Origin: Psilocybe cubensis
Lineage: Eukaryota
Assembly: GCA_017499595.2 (NCBI GenBank)
Contig: CM039001.1
Coordinates: 1,984,001-2,048,000 of the forward strand
Direction: 5' to 3'
DNA: 64,000 bases
Part shown: positions 51,008-63,916 of the stretch, one piece after another
Layout of the letters: the number at the start of each line of letters is the position of its first letter
Position numbering within the stretch: the stretch's first letter is position 1
The notes under the pieces: model-generated
Told to the model about the DNA's origin: nothing
Databases searched by the model: none
What the model saw: the letters and a program-made list of their open reading frames with translations, nothing else
Made by a program: the position numbers and the translations under genes

Positions 51008-51126
51008 ATACTCATGTTTGTCCTATGGTACCATTACTATGGTTCTCTAATCCTCTCCTTCGGGCTCGCATACTCATGTTTGTCCTATTGTACCATTACT
51101 ATGGTTCTTTAACCCTCTCTTTCGGG
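51008..51126. repeat. Two-copy imperfect tandem duplication, period 62 bp
   Basis: ATACTCATGTTTGTCCTAT(G/T)GTACCATTACTATGGTTCT...TTCGGG at 51008-51064 and 51070-51126, with few mismatches. Confidence 0.95.
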
Positions 51127-51585
51127 ATCAATTCCGATGTATATTTATTTCCTTTTCTGTGGTGGACCTCCCTTTGTGGTCGCTGTGTTTGACAGATTGC
51201 CATTAGGGGTAATGCTGACAGGATGGTGGCATGATCACAGGCTATTATACTTCAAGATGTCGTCTTTGCCGTGCAAATTTCGAGTCTCCGTTGTTTTCCC
51301 TCGGCCTAATGTTTTGGTTTTGACTTACTCATCTGCTGGCGACGAGCCAAGATAAATCCCTGCCTAATTTATGTGAGACACCTTTGCCTAAATACGGCAC
51401 ATTCATTTTCCGATCACTGATCGAATCCAATCCACTGGTGTAGTGCGCCGCAGAGAAACACAGTAGCCAACACCCAAAACAATGTGGAAGGTAGAAAAGT
51501 ACATTCGAAGGGAACTTAAACATACAACTAAAAAAAACAATGAAAGGGAGCAAAATAACACCAGCCTTTGAAAGTTGAAGCACCG

Positions 51586-53747
51586 TTACCATCCAAAAGT
51601 CTCCTCAGAAACTTCAATTCCGCCGGCATGATCTCTTTGAGATACTTCAGCATTTGAAACTGCTTTTGCAACGTCATCAGCCAGCGACAGAGGACCACAT
51701 ACGCCAATGATAAGACCAGTCAATTTGACGTCGTTTTGAGAGGAGCTCCGAAGTGCAATAATGCGCTGCAGCGTAAGATTGATAAAGTTAACGATTCGCG
51801 GACGCCCGGGGGATAGGGTTATGCCTGGGGGCAGATGCTGAGGCTGTACTTTGAAAGATGGTGCTTTTCCGATGTAAGGACCGTCTGTGACCGATTCAAA
51901 GAACGAGGGTTGTTGACCTGTCGGTGCCCGAGTATAGAAAACACTGATTCGTACAGGTATGAATGCCGACATTTTGATGAGATTAGAGAACGTAGAAAGT
52001 AAGGGGGTAAGGCACGCTAAAATACAGTGGGCGTAAGAATATACAGTTTTAGACTGTGAATTAAGTTGCTTACCTGGATCCTTCACTATCCAAATCAGCT
52101 CGATGACTTTGACGCGACAATTTCCCTCAAGATCCTTTTGGATCAGATCCTGGATCAAGGATAGCGCAAATGTGATGCCACTTCCACCGACCACAAACAA
52201 CGCACCAGAAAAGCTAGAAAAGATGGTGCGTTGGGTTCCGCCATAAGGGCCTTCCACCATGACTTTCACCTGTCTACCAATGGTACCTTCATGGGTGCTG
52301 GATTTGGCTATCTTCTCCAGTCGTCTGGTCCAATCCCCAGATTCTTTGCACAAGAGGACCATGCCTTCTTCCGTATTGGAAATATTTGCTACCGTGAAAG
52401 GATGGTTTTCTGCCCAACCTAACAGACCCATGCCACTAGACACAACCCGAAGGCGAACATGTTGTCCGGCCCGCCACCCAGCATTGATGCCTGGGATTTC
52501 AACGCGTGTAAGCCCCAACTCGGGAATTGGGCGCAAGAAAGCAGTTGAGCAGCGAGTTTTGACGACTCGCAGGAGGTGATCGACGGCGAATAACACGGCT
52601 GCGGTGACAACATAGGGAAAAGTGCTCTTCTTGTGCATGTAAATCTGTTGAGATATATCAGTCATCCTTGTGCATAAGCGTCTATAGCTATTACTTACGG
52701 CAGGAAGGACAAGACTGAACCCTATAATATGTGAAGACAGGAACAATGTGTAAGCCTTTTGTCTCCAGTAGGCAGTTGAAAAAAGGAATATTAAGTTGAA
52801 GCAACAAGTTGCGATTAAAGCCCACATATTACTAGGTTGTTTTAGTTTCGTTGAAAACGTTCCGGCCAAAGACCATTTATAAACTAGAAGGGAGGGAATA
52901 AGTTTCTCTTGCATTATCATCGAAATAAATTGCCTACCCCAGTGGAAGGTGTGTATATTCGTTGTAAGCACGACTATCCTTCCCGCGAACCGGTGCAGAA
53001 AATTTAACTTGATAAGAAGTTAGTCACCATCTTCAAGATGTTTCTTAAAGTGCAAAGTACCTTTTCGTACCCATAGCCGATCAGTCCTCCAGGGATACTG
53101 TTTTTCTGCGCAAATGCGAATACGAGTGGCAGTTGAGAAACAGCAATCCACCCAGTACGATTCGAATCCGTGATGATGTTGGACTGGAAAAAGACTGCGT
53201 AAACCATTGCATAAAAGTACATGACGACAACGAAGGCCTGTGCGACGGAGAAACCGGGCATTACGCGAGAGCGGAGGGGAGAAAGGATGGGTCGCAATGT
53301 CATGAACCAGGTTACAGGGATGTTAGTGGGGAACCGGATTGTGGTTGGAGTACCCTTCTCCGTGAGCCGGAGTGCTGGTTGCGCGTACATGTGAGAGTCG
53401 TCTGAAGACCCATATCCTGTGTAGCCTCTGCCTTTGGGAGTCGAAGTAGGAGAATAGATATCTTGTGTAGCCAAGCGCCGGACGGTTGGTCGGGTAGAAA
53501 CTTGTCGTAAAAATTGGGAACCTAGCCATTCTTTCGAAGAGAACAGGCCGAATGCATGAGGAAGGCGTACCAACGTCAATACGCCGAGAAGAATGAGGCA
53601 AACGATATTGACATGGAACATCAACATCTCCGAATCCACTTCGATTCCGGCGCCAGCACCAGTAGGACTGCCTGTAGATCTTCCCGGTGAGCCTGTGGTA
53701 CCATTGGTACCTCCGACAGATGGCTGGTTGGCAACAATAGATGTCAT
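51586..53747 (-). CDS. Ferric/cupric reductase (FRE/NOX-like flavocytochrome)
   Basis: Heme histidines (LHRFAG...IH; SH...MH), FAD motif HPFT, NADPH motifs EGPYG, GGSGITF and CGP, C-terminal EETFGW. Confidence 0.93.
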
Positions 53748-55379
53748 GGTGTAGATGCTGCAATGGACGAAATTCAAAAAGTTGGTCTATCGAATTTGAC
53801 GGACCAACTTCGGAGCGGATTGAGCCTTCAAGAAAACGAAAAGGAGAAATAAAAAGGAGAAATGAAAAGGAGGCTAACAAACTCCAGAGTTCGTCAAGCC
53901 AGAGAAAGGAAGAAAAAAAGTGAACTTAAATGTTCGAAAGGTAGAAAGTCAAACAAACAAATGTCTTCTCTAAGTGCCGCATTATTAAAGAATCCATTGC
54001 TATGGGTCATTTGAAATTGAAAATAAGAAAAAGGGCACAGATCTGTGGAGAAAGACCGAGAGATCGCACATATGGTCATCGTTAAGGCTGCAATCTACTT
54101 CCATTTGTACATCGGGTCGTAATGTCCACGAAAAATATCCTCATCGATACACATGTCGCGATTGGTCCAAGTTTAAGAAAACTGCCACAGAGTCGCCAAG
54201 ATTTAGATATATGGGTACAGGTATGTATCTGTATGTATATGCATTTGAAAGAGTACCGCTGGGGATAAGCTTAGTAACAGCAGGTAACAGCTATTTTTCT
54301 GAAAAGTTAGCATATACAAGTGAGTGTACGCGTCTACCAGGGAAATGAAAAAACGTATCTAATATTCCCTCGGCGCACCGTCATAAATTATAGCAGGGCA
54401 CGACAGCACAGAAAAACATTTGGAAACACTAAAAGTTAGAGCGACCGCGAGATCGAGGGCCAACCAGGTCATCACTTGATTATTTCACACATGATCCAGA
54501 ACGGAACCACACACAAACCTATATCAAATGTGAAAATAGCTTCGAAAATAGATGGGGTCGCGGGAAGGGCACGTCGCAGACACGGTAAACTTGTATATTC
54601 CTGATCATTTCAGAAAAAATGGGATCCTGTAGATGATTGAAACGGTGGTCAGTATTGATATGTAAAACTTCAGTGACAAAAGAAGGTAAGCTTTCGGTTT
54701 GGCTTTGGTAGGTGTTCAAGAGAGTCTTTAACTGGTATGTACTTACGAATGCTCTTCCGAGTGGCTCAGTCGTCGTAAAAAGCCAAGATCATAACGCCTA
54801 GAAACGGTGTAGTGAGGTTGAAATCCACTCTGTTGTTGTATGTGGTGTCGCGGGGTCGTTTCCATGGTTAGGATACGGATGCAGGATCACATTGCAGGCA
54901 GGTATGCGGCAGAGGGCAGTGCCTCTTTGCAGCATGCCAGTCACTGAGTCAAGAGTGTCTCAATACCACTTTCCCGGAGATGAATTGATTGAGGAAAAAA
55001 GTTGATGTTACACTCGTGGGAGTCTTATCGTCTTATCACTGCATTGGGTTGACTCAATGGCATTTGCTTGCCTCATAGGTAAGCGTTACCGCCCAATCTT
55101 TCTGCAATTCCCACCTACAATATGTAGAAGGACCATATCGCACTGGTTGAGTCAAACTGTGGAGTTGATATATGCAATTGACGCTAGGATTGTATGTAGT
55201 ATCTGGACGACTTTTTTCAGTGGTAATGGAAGTATTTAATTTTCTGAGCAACCGTATGTGGTGCCAATGACAAAACTGACTTGTTTTTTGACCATACTCT
55301 GTATGGAGGTTTCAGAAAATGCAGAAGTTTCCACAAATCCTCAAGGTTAAGAAAGGACAAACTTAATGAGATGTAGACA

Positions 55380-56759
55380 CTATGGCACCAATTGTCGGGC
55401 GTCCGGGAGGTTGACATTGGAAGTGCTGCCTTTCATGCCTTGGACCGAATTGTCTACGAAGTTACTACTAGGTCAAAAGATAACTCTAAGCACGAGTCTA
55501 AGCAGTACAGGATGCCATGGGTTCCTACTCTTTATCATTTTCAGTGGATGTTTGCTCGAGTTTCCAAATGTTATTCAATGATTCGATATCGGGATCATGG
55601 GCCGAGTGAAGATTTAGAAAAACCGAAATTGCTTCCTGTAAGGGAACGAGAATATTCATGGCTGGATAGAAGTTGGTTTGGGCAGGTAAAAAGGAGCCGC
55701 GGATTTGAAGTTCACGGACAACCTGTTCTGTTCTGATGTTCTCCTCGCAGAATTTCACTATGGCCTTGGATGTGGTGATCGAATCTATGATTTTCTCCAA
55801 TGGGGCCATTGGAGGAACATAGATGGATAGTACTTCCGCCACCTTGTCGTCAATAGTCGCAAGGCTTTCGATATATTTGTTATGTTTGCCATGAAGCTGG
55901 AGCAAATTATCTCGAACCTAAGTACATAAGAGTTGATTTTACACTCTATAAAACGTAAAACCTGAGGATATAATCTTACGCAATTCAGGCGAGATGCCAA
56001 CTTTGTGTCATTCATGTTCACAGTTTGCTTGTCCAACGTTTTATGCCTTGGGAGCTGCTGCGTGTTCATCAAGATGATTTTCAATGTTTTGAGGCAGGAC
56101 GACATGGTGTCTTTTGTTTGGTTATGATTTGACGACAATAGGACTTCCGAGTGACGTATTAAAGCCTTGAGACGTTCCTCTAGAGCTTCTCTTTTTAGGC
56201 GAAACGTTTGCGTTTGACTTATGTGAGGTATTTGTTTGATGTTTTCGATCACCTGTTGGTACTGCGCCAGTAGGTAGGAACCATCCGGCCGCTCCCTCAG
56301 GCGGTGCTGAGACAATGAATATAATTCTGAAGACATATTGTTCTAGGCGAATGAACGGAATGTTAATAAAGATTGTTGTAGACAAGGGTATGCACACCTC
56401 AATTTCATCGATGACATCTTTGTTTAAAGAAGTAAAGCGCGTAAATTCTTCACTGTCCACGTCATTCCATGGCTGTTTTGATTCAGAGTTGGACTCGAGG
56501 TCCAGTAAAGTTTGACTGAGTTCTAAGTGGTAGCTTTAACAACTAGTCTGAACAGCAATGTAGATACCTACTACCGATGAGAGTTTCTTGGTACTGGGAC
56601 CGACGTCTTCTTTCCTTCTCGAGGCGTTCTAAACTAATAAGTTTGCTTTATGCATTGTCAATTTCGTGAGATGTGGCATGCAATAATGTGTTTTCAGTAC
56701 TGGTCACTAACTCACTTTATAACATCAAGCCGGAAGGCCAGCGAATCATTTTGATCCAT
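55380..56759 (-). CDS. Hypothetical helical/coiled-coil protein, about 5 introns
   Basis: Exons MDQNDSLAFRLDVI|..LERLEKERRRRSQYQETLI|ELSQTLLD...|NNMSSELY...|VRDNLLQL...|...ARQLVP* can be joined in frame. No domain recognised. Confidence 0.55.
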
Positions 56760-56886
56760 GTTTTATGAATTTGTTGGCTGATACTAATGGAAGATTGACT
56801 ATATCGAGGGACTTGCAAGGAAAAGATTTCATGCTCGATGGCTTTGCAGCTTCTTGAATTTAAACTATACAAAATCATTAATTATG

Positions 56887-57367
56887 TCATAAAAATACAC
56901 CTCCCTCTTCACTAGTAATCCTATTTTCATGGCCATGTTCCGAGCTTCCTGTAGTCACAGGAGGTTCGAGTATGTGCTGAGTGGGTTGTAAATCGTAGTG
57001 TAAACCCGTCATTAGGCCTTTTTCTGTTAATGCCATCTTCAGAATCGTAATGCGCTCCTGCTGAGAACCACTGTATGAAGGTTCACATTATGGGTAAGTC
57101 CTGTTAGAAAGAGAAGAAGGTACATACATCACTTGTTCGTTCTCTTCATATGCCTTCTTGATATCTGGGTCGTGTTGCTCTTCTTGAAGAATAGATTGCG
57201 TCTCGCGCAGTTTCCGTAAAGAGTTTTGAAGCCGCGAAATCTCTGACAACAATTCAAGCCAGCCTACATTGCAGTTGGCAATATATACCTTCGGTTATAA
57301 CGGAGACATCCAGAGCGATTGCTTCGCGCAGAGTAAATGGCTGATAATATCGTGGAGAGTAGTCCAT
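56887..57367 (-). CDS. Small conserved-looking fungal coiled-coil protein (~120 aa)
   Basis: Missed by the ORF track. MDYSPRYYQPFTLREAIALDVSVITE|EISRLQNSLRKLRETQ...AYEENEQVI|GSQQERITILKMAL...GGVFL*, with two GT-AG introns. Confidence 0.75.
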
Positions 57368-57561
57368 GGAAGTCGCGGAAAGAATGACGTCTCAGCTGCA
57401 CTAAGCCTTGGCAATCGGAGTACAAATAACACGTCAGAAACTGTCCCGGGTCATATTGAAATCAATTCAATCGACAAAGTATCTACGTTATAATCCAACT
57501 CGCAGTCAAGTGGTTATCAGTAATGTGAGCACTCTCTGACTATAGCTTCCAACTCCGGACT

Positions 57562-58517
57562 TCACGATTGTTTGAAGATCTCAGGCCAGACTGTCCTCAA
57601 ATCCTCCAATGTCGTGATATCAATCACATCATTGTCAGTAGCACCAGGTTCCCTTGCGTCGTCAATTTCTTTGATCCTTCCACCTTCCATAGCTTCGAGT
57701 CCCTTTTCACAGAAATGCACACAGTGCGCCCAGCCCAGTTTACGGGCCGCGTCAACGTTTTTACGGTTGTCGTCGACAAAATAGCATTTCGAGGGGTCTG
57801 TAACATTCGCCTGCTTCATTGCCTTTTTCAATTTTATTGAGTGCATATGTGGCAAGTGACCAAAGTTGGGCGCGTACCATTTCGTAGTATTCTGGTTCAG
57901 GTTTACAGACAAAATCCTTGACGAGATAGTCACAGTACACAAGTCCTTCAATTAGATCGTCCAGCTTTAAGATGCGTAGAACACGTTCCGCATGCTGTTC
58001 GAATTAGATTGTAAAGGCTGCGCTGGATATACATTGGCCTACCGGTCGATATGCGTTAGTCAATCCCCAGATGCGAGCTTTGGAGGTATCAATGTCCTGA
58101 AAAAGCTTTCTGACAGTTGGATCGTAAGCGATCATATCCTCGAGTGGTAGAGATCCATCACATTGACGGTCAAAATCTAGGGGGTCTTTCGTGGCGTTAA
58201 CACTCGTGATAGAGGCCATGTAAGGGCACAAACTACACTACCAACGTCGTGATGCCTGGTTAGACCGCGCAATGCAAGACCATATTGAGTATAATATTTC
58301 AAGTGTAATTCAGAAGCCTCTTCATGGGATAATCCAAGGCGGAGAAAGTAGGCTAAACATATGCATGTTGAATGACATCGATTTCCAACTGATACACCGC
58401 TGGCTAACCATGGATACGGGCGCCCATGGCATGGGAGATATTAGAGCTTGCCGAGTATAGGGTATTGTCGATATCAAACCAGATGACGAGACGATCATCC
58501 TCCTGAGAGTTGGCCAT
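57562..58517 (-). CDS. SDT1: Pyrimidine 5'-nucleotidase (HAD family, Sdt1/Phm8-like)
   Basis: WFDIDNTLY (HAD motif I), YGLALRGL, LTNAY and YFVDDN. Confidence 0.92.
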
Positions 58518-58783
58518 GGACAATTGTGGTGGTAGGGAAAGGCAGGCGGAGACGGAGGCATATCGCTATGATGTCCGATCTATATCATTGATTAATCTTA
58601 TCTTATCAAACTCGATTAGATTCGGTGTTTTCCGTGGAACTATGTAGTCTCATCAAGCCACAGTCCGGCTCCTAATCCAGCCTTGGACAATATTATAGGC
58701 ATCGGCCTCGACGACCTCAAGAACACAAGGTGCGTACTCGACAAGGATACTATCACTCTATTCACCTCATTGGCGTTTATAGA

Positions 58784-59559
58784 ATGGCCAGAAGCAAAGA
58801 ACTCGTCCCCGGCGTTGGGCGTCTTTCCCGCTCCCAGGTATTCGCCAAGCGCGCTCTCTACAAGGGCCAAAAAAAATCGACCAAACCCGCTGCCGAATCG
58901 CCCGCTGAGACCGTCGAGAAGGCCATTGGTGGAGAGAAGAACGGCGGAAAGCGCCTTGTACCTACTACAAAAGCTCCTCGCTTCTACTCTGCTGAGGATG
59001 TGCGCCAGCCCAAGAAAAGCCGCAAGTCCCCCAAGCCCCCCTCCCTCCGCTCTTCCATCACCCCCGGAACCGTTCTTATCCTGCTCGCTGGACGCTACAG
59101 AGGAAAGCGCGTTGTGTTCCTGAAGCAGTTGACCAGCGGGTTGCTGTTGGTCACTGGCCCTTACAAGATCAACGGAGTGCCCCTGCGACGAGTTAACCAG
59201 GCATATGTCATTGCCACCTCCACCAAAGTTGATATTTCGGGCCTCAAGGTGAGAGCGTCTAGTTACTCGAATCTATAGATGGGGTTTACTAATGATTGCG
59301 AATTTAGGTCGATGAGAAGTTCAACGACTCCTACTTTGCCAAACCTTCCACCAAGACTGCCAGCTCGGCCGAGGAGGAGTTCTTTGAGGACGGCAAGCCC
59401 AAGGCCAAACAGCCTATTCCCGAGTCCAAGGCTGCCGATCAAAAGGAGGTCGACAACGCACTCCTCGCTTCCATCAAGAAGACTGAGAACCTTTCCAAAT
59501 ATCTCAAGGCCAGCTGGGGTCTGTCGAAGGGCCAATTCCCTCACCAATTGGTGTTCTGA
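58784..59559 (+). CDS. RPL6: 60S ribosomal protein L6 (eL6); 5'-UTR intron 58730-58782
   Basis: [55 protein letters not shown]-terminal PHQLVF. Confidence 0.97.
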
Positions 59560-59856
59560 ACGCTGGAAGAGATGGAATGGGGAAGCGGGTTGCAACGCTA
59601 GGCTCTTAGGATATATGCTATGTTTTGTGACCATTACTTGCGTTGACAATCATCACTGTATGCAAGAAAACACCCGATGTGAGCTATGCCTGAGATACTT
59701 ACTCGATTGGCAATACCTGTAATAGTGATTGTGAAATGTTGGAACTTGGATAATGTATATTGTATGGATGGTTTGTTAATGTTTGAGTGCGCTTGCGACG
59801 CGCCAAGCCAGCGATCACTTTGGCTAAAATCGGAGTTGGTGAAAACCATTTGGAGC

Positions 59857-60991
59857 ATGTTGGCTCTTCATAGAGCGCGCCTGCGGTCGCCAATACTCAA
59901 ACCACCGTATCGGAGCCCCACAGACCGTCGTTTTTTTGTCCAGAGCGTTTGCAATGGCTTTCTCGATCTCGCACTTGCATTGCCGATTCCTCCATCGCTC
60001 CCGACATATTCAACGACTATAATCATTGTCACTCTCGTCACTCGTTTTGCCCTTCTGCCTGTCTCTATATGGGTTCGCTTTCCTTCTTCGCTGCTGTCCG
60101 AATACTCAGGTTCCCTTTTCGTTGCAGGGTAAGGAGCGTTCACGGCGATTGGAAGAGATCGTCATTCCGGAAGTCGAAAAATTAAAGCCCCTCGTCTCGA
60201 AGCGCGTTCTAGAGGAGATGAAGGCGGCTGGCATACGGGGAGACAAAAAGGCCTTGCAAAAAATGCATTCCGAGAAATGTGTACAAGTGGTGCGTTTCTT
60301 TATTGCAAGTGATGCAAGTCCTTCATTTGATCGAGTCTCGCTCTGTCTTGTAGTTAACTGCACGACGGAAGGAACTTATGAAAGAACACAAATGTAACCC
60401 CGTTCCAACCATTGTAATCCCCCCATTATCACAGCTGCCCGTATTTGTTGGTTTCACCATCGTCTTGAGTCGCCTTTCTGTCGTCCCGACGCCTCTAGAC
60501 TCGGAGAGTTTCTTCACATTGACCTCCCTGATACATCCTGATCCTACCATGACGCTCCCCGTAATTCTTGGGTTTTTGACCATGGCTAATGTAGAGTCCG
60601 GGAACTGGGTCATGAACGCTGCAGAGAAGGAACAGAAGCGGGCGGTTGAAGCGCAGGAAGAAAAGCGCGTAGCTGCTGGAGGAAAGCCTCGCATCCATCC
60701 GGGTAACATCATCAAGTCGGTACTCAGGACTGCGTCCGTTATTCGAATTATCATCGCTGCAATGGCCCCCGGTGTATGTATAGCCTTCTTATATATACTG
60801 TTCAATTATTCTCTAACTGCCATTTTTTGTAGAGCGTTACGCTTTATTGGGTCACTTCGGCTGCGTTTGGCTTGGTGCAGACATGGTATATGGAGTGGAC
60901 AGACGCACTTCGTAGACGACGAGGTATGGCCGTGCACCTGGCAAAGGATAATCCTCCGATCACACCAAATAAACCCAAGCCCCGCAAATAG
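59857..60991 (+). CDS. COX18: Oxa1/YidC-family mitochondrial insertase, Cox18-like
   Basis: TIIIVTLVTRFALLP, HKCNP, QLPVF, LIHPDPTMTLP, LYWVTSAAFGLVQ. Confidence 0.82.
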
Positions 60992-61400
60992 ACAAGTTTT
61001 GTGAGTCCTACTCTCCTTCCAGAACCGGAATGAAAATACAAGTGGTACGAGGGAACCCCGCTCTATATATTTTCGATGGAATGGTGGTATCCCATGACTC
61101 TTTCTTGATCTAATATGACCGAACCCGCTATCCTTCATAGTATATAAAATTTGCTTGCTTATCTTTTTTGTTTATACAGGTGGCATGTCCGACTCTTCGT
61201 TGCCAAACTACATCAATGTGTAGACTGTCAGGCAATCTGTTATTGATTGCTAGAATTATTTATATCACACTTACTGTACCTACGCCAACACCATTAGGAA
61301 AACGAATTTTGGAAAGAGAAAAAAGATTTGCTGAGTATTACAATAGGTGAAACGTCCACACATTCCATATATACATTACGAGACATGATTGCATAAATAT

Positions 61401-62082
61401 TTATCCAAGGCCACCCCATGGCCCACGGATTCTGCGCGCAAGTTGGATATCTCGGGTCATTATGGTCACTCGTTTTGCATGAATGGCACAGAGGTTTCTA
61501 TACATTGGAAAACATGAGTCCCTTGCTGAGATGAGGAAACCGTCGCAAACTCACGCGTCCTCGAAGAGGTGCACAAGATATGCCTCTGTTGCCTCTTGGA
61601 GAGCCAAAAGAGCAGAGCTCTGCCATCGAAGATCAGCGCTATCTCTGAAATTGGTGTCTGTGGTCATCTCCATTGTTATTTCGCGTACCTGTCAAGTATA
61701 TTAGGACCAAGACACAGTAAGAAGCGCAATACGTACCACGCGCGAAAAAGGAAGCTTTTGGAGCAGCAAATCTGTACTCTTCTGGTACTTCCTAATCTCT
61801 CGTAATGCCACTGTGCCAGGTCTATAACGATGTGGTTTTCGTGGGGCAGCACCGTCAGTTGCTAGTCAATGGAAAATATCAGCAATGTTGAATTGGACAA
61901 TCGATACCAGTTGGCGAACCGTTAGAGTGTCTGGGGATAGGTCGAGGAGGACGTCCACCTGTGCTTTTCCGGGCAGTGGCCATCTTAGACTTTTTGGGAA
62001 CGGGTGTAGGAGGATCTGAGGCGTCCGGCGCTGGTGCTTTACGTTTTCCAGAGCCTGAGGCTCGTTGCACCGTCTGTGCCAT
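61401..62082 (-). CDS. CSE4: Centromeric histone H3 variant (CenH3/CENP-A)
   Basis: Divergent long N-tail. [22 protein letters not shown], lengthened loop 1 ([17 protein letters not shown]), [23 protein letters not shown]. Confidence 0.92.
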
Positions 62083-62289
62083 GCAAAGAAGAGGTGGTTA
62101 CCAGCACAGTGTGTCTATGTTACAGAAGAGAGTGTAGAAGTCAAGACAAGAAAGGCTTAGACAGGCACACTTGAACTTTGGGCCCGAAAAGGAAGTCAAA
62201 GGGGACGTGATCGTGTGCATACAGGGTTGATCTCATTTAGACGCGCGACGATGTAGCTCGCTGCTCACCTCATACTATCATCTACCTCA

Positions 62290-63916
62290 ATGCCCACATC
62301 TATCCCTGTCGTCACCGGATACTATCGCTACACCGATATATGGTTCGAATGGTGTGTCGACTTCCTTCTTTCAAGACTACTTTGGTGTCACTGACGTAGG
62401 CCACTGATATCGCGCGTACCAGGCATCAAGCGCTGCCAGACATCGACGATAGAGCACCGGTCAAAGCAATCCTATGTACATACCAACACCCTTTGCTAAC
62501 ACTTCAAGATCGACTTATCTTATTTCTTTCAAGCACATGATGCATTGGTTCATCCTGAACACCCTCTTCACGTCGAGGGGATTAACGGAATTCAAATGTA
62601 TATAGGTATGCAATGAAGGCCTTGCTTGTTTCTGTTCTGATTCAGAAAAACCCAGGAACTTTTGCAACCGGAGAAGCGCGTCTCTTATTCTCATCTCGAC
62701 AAGTTGATTATCTTCGATACTGGCTTCACGCCATGCAATTGACGAAAGGAATCGTTCCACTCCCATACTCTGACTGCCTTTTAACGGAATCCAACCTTGA
62801 AACTGTATCACCTGTTGTGTATCCTGATGGTTTGTCCCTGCGCAATGCCCTCAAAGTAACTTTTCCAGTATATTCTTTGTCAATTAACCTATTTACCCGT
62901 TAACAAGGTCATTGATAAGAACAATAAGCGTTTGAAAGGCTCAAACCCTCTCCTTACTCACCGACGCCATCTTTTTGAAAGAGTGCGCAATTTTTGGTCC
63001 GAAAAGAAAGGGGTTTGGTGTGCAATGGACTTTGAAGCTTGGGAACTCGATCACACAGTGTTGACAGAATTCGGATGGAGCCTTGCTGGTTGGAAAGATG
63101 GTAGCTTAGTTGAGGATCGTGGACATCTTATCGTCGAAGAAGCTCGGTCATATATCAACTCACAATACGTACCCGATCATCGATATGTAAGCTTATTGGT
63201 ACTCTTTCTTTACCGAATTCCTAAATATTTCAATACTTTTGGCAGGATTATACTTTTGGCACTAGCGAGACAGTTAAAAAGGCATTGTTCAAAAAACGTA
63301 TTCAATATTTGGTCAAGTCGCTAAACGAATATGGGCCTGTTTTCCTCGTATTCCACGATAATAGTCAAGACATCAAGTGAGCCTGTTACCACCTTTTTAA
63401 AACACTTTTGCTTATTCTTTTTTTTCCAAGGGACCTAAAGAAACTTGAAGTAGACCTGGAAGGCATGTCCTACATCATGCCCGACAGCATACCCGATAGC
63501 GGTATCTTTGTCATTGATACCTCTGATCTCATCGGGGCATTACTGGGTGAAGGCTCTGGTGAAAAAAGATCGCTCGACAAAACATGTAGCTTACTTCAAA
63601 TACCTACTCAATACTTGCACAACGCAGGTAATGATGCTCATGTGGGTGGCTGTATTTGTTTCAACATCTCATTTCCATCTGATTACTCTACACTAAGTAT
63701 ACTTTACTCTCCATGCAAGAAATGGCCAAGGGTGACCCCATCGATATTCAACGCGAGAAAAGATGGCCGAATCAAACCCCTGCTGGTGTGAAAGTCGAAC
63801 TTAAACCCTGGCAAGAGGATAGCGATTATTCCGACGAAGAGGGTGTAATTCCACCACCAGAAGGCTACAAGTTCGTAACAGACGAAGACGAGGCAAACAG
63901 TGTCCACGATCGATGA
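62290..63916 (+). CDS. DEDDh 3'-5' exonuclease of the Gfd2/YDR514C/QIP-like family
   Basis: Exo I CAMDFEAWE...LTEFG, Exo II FHDNSQDI, IDT and Exo III LHNAGNDAHY. Confidence 0.82.

Noticed and set aside
51008..51126. Possible CRISPR-like repeat
   Set aside because: Two near-adjacent 57-bp copies separated by 5 bp with no spacers; simple tandem duplication.
61401..62082. Canonical histone H3
   Set aside because: Divergent N-tail, longer loop 1 and W in LRWQS indicate CenH3 instead.
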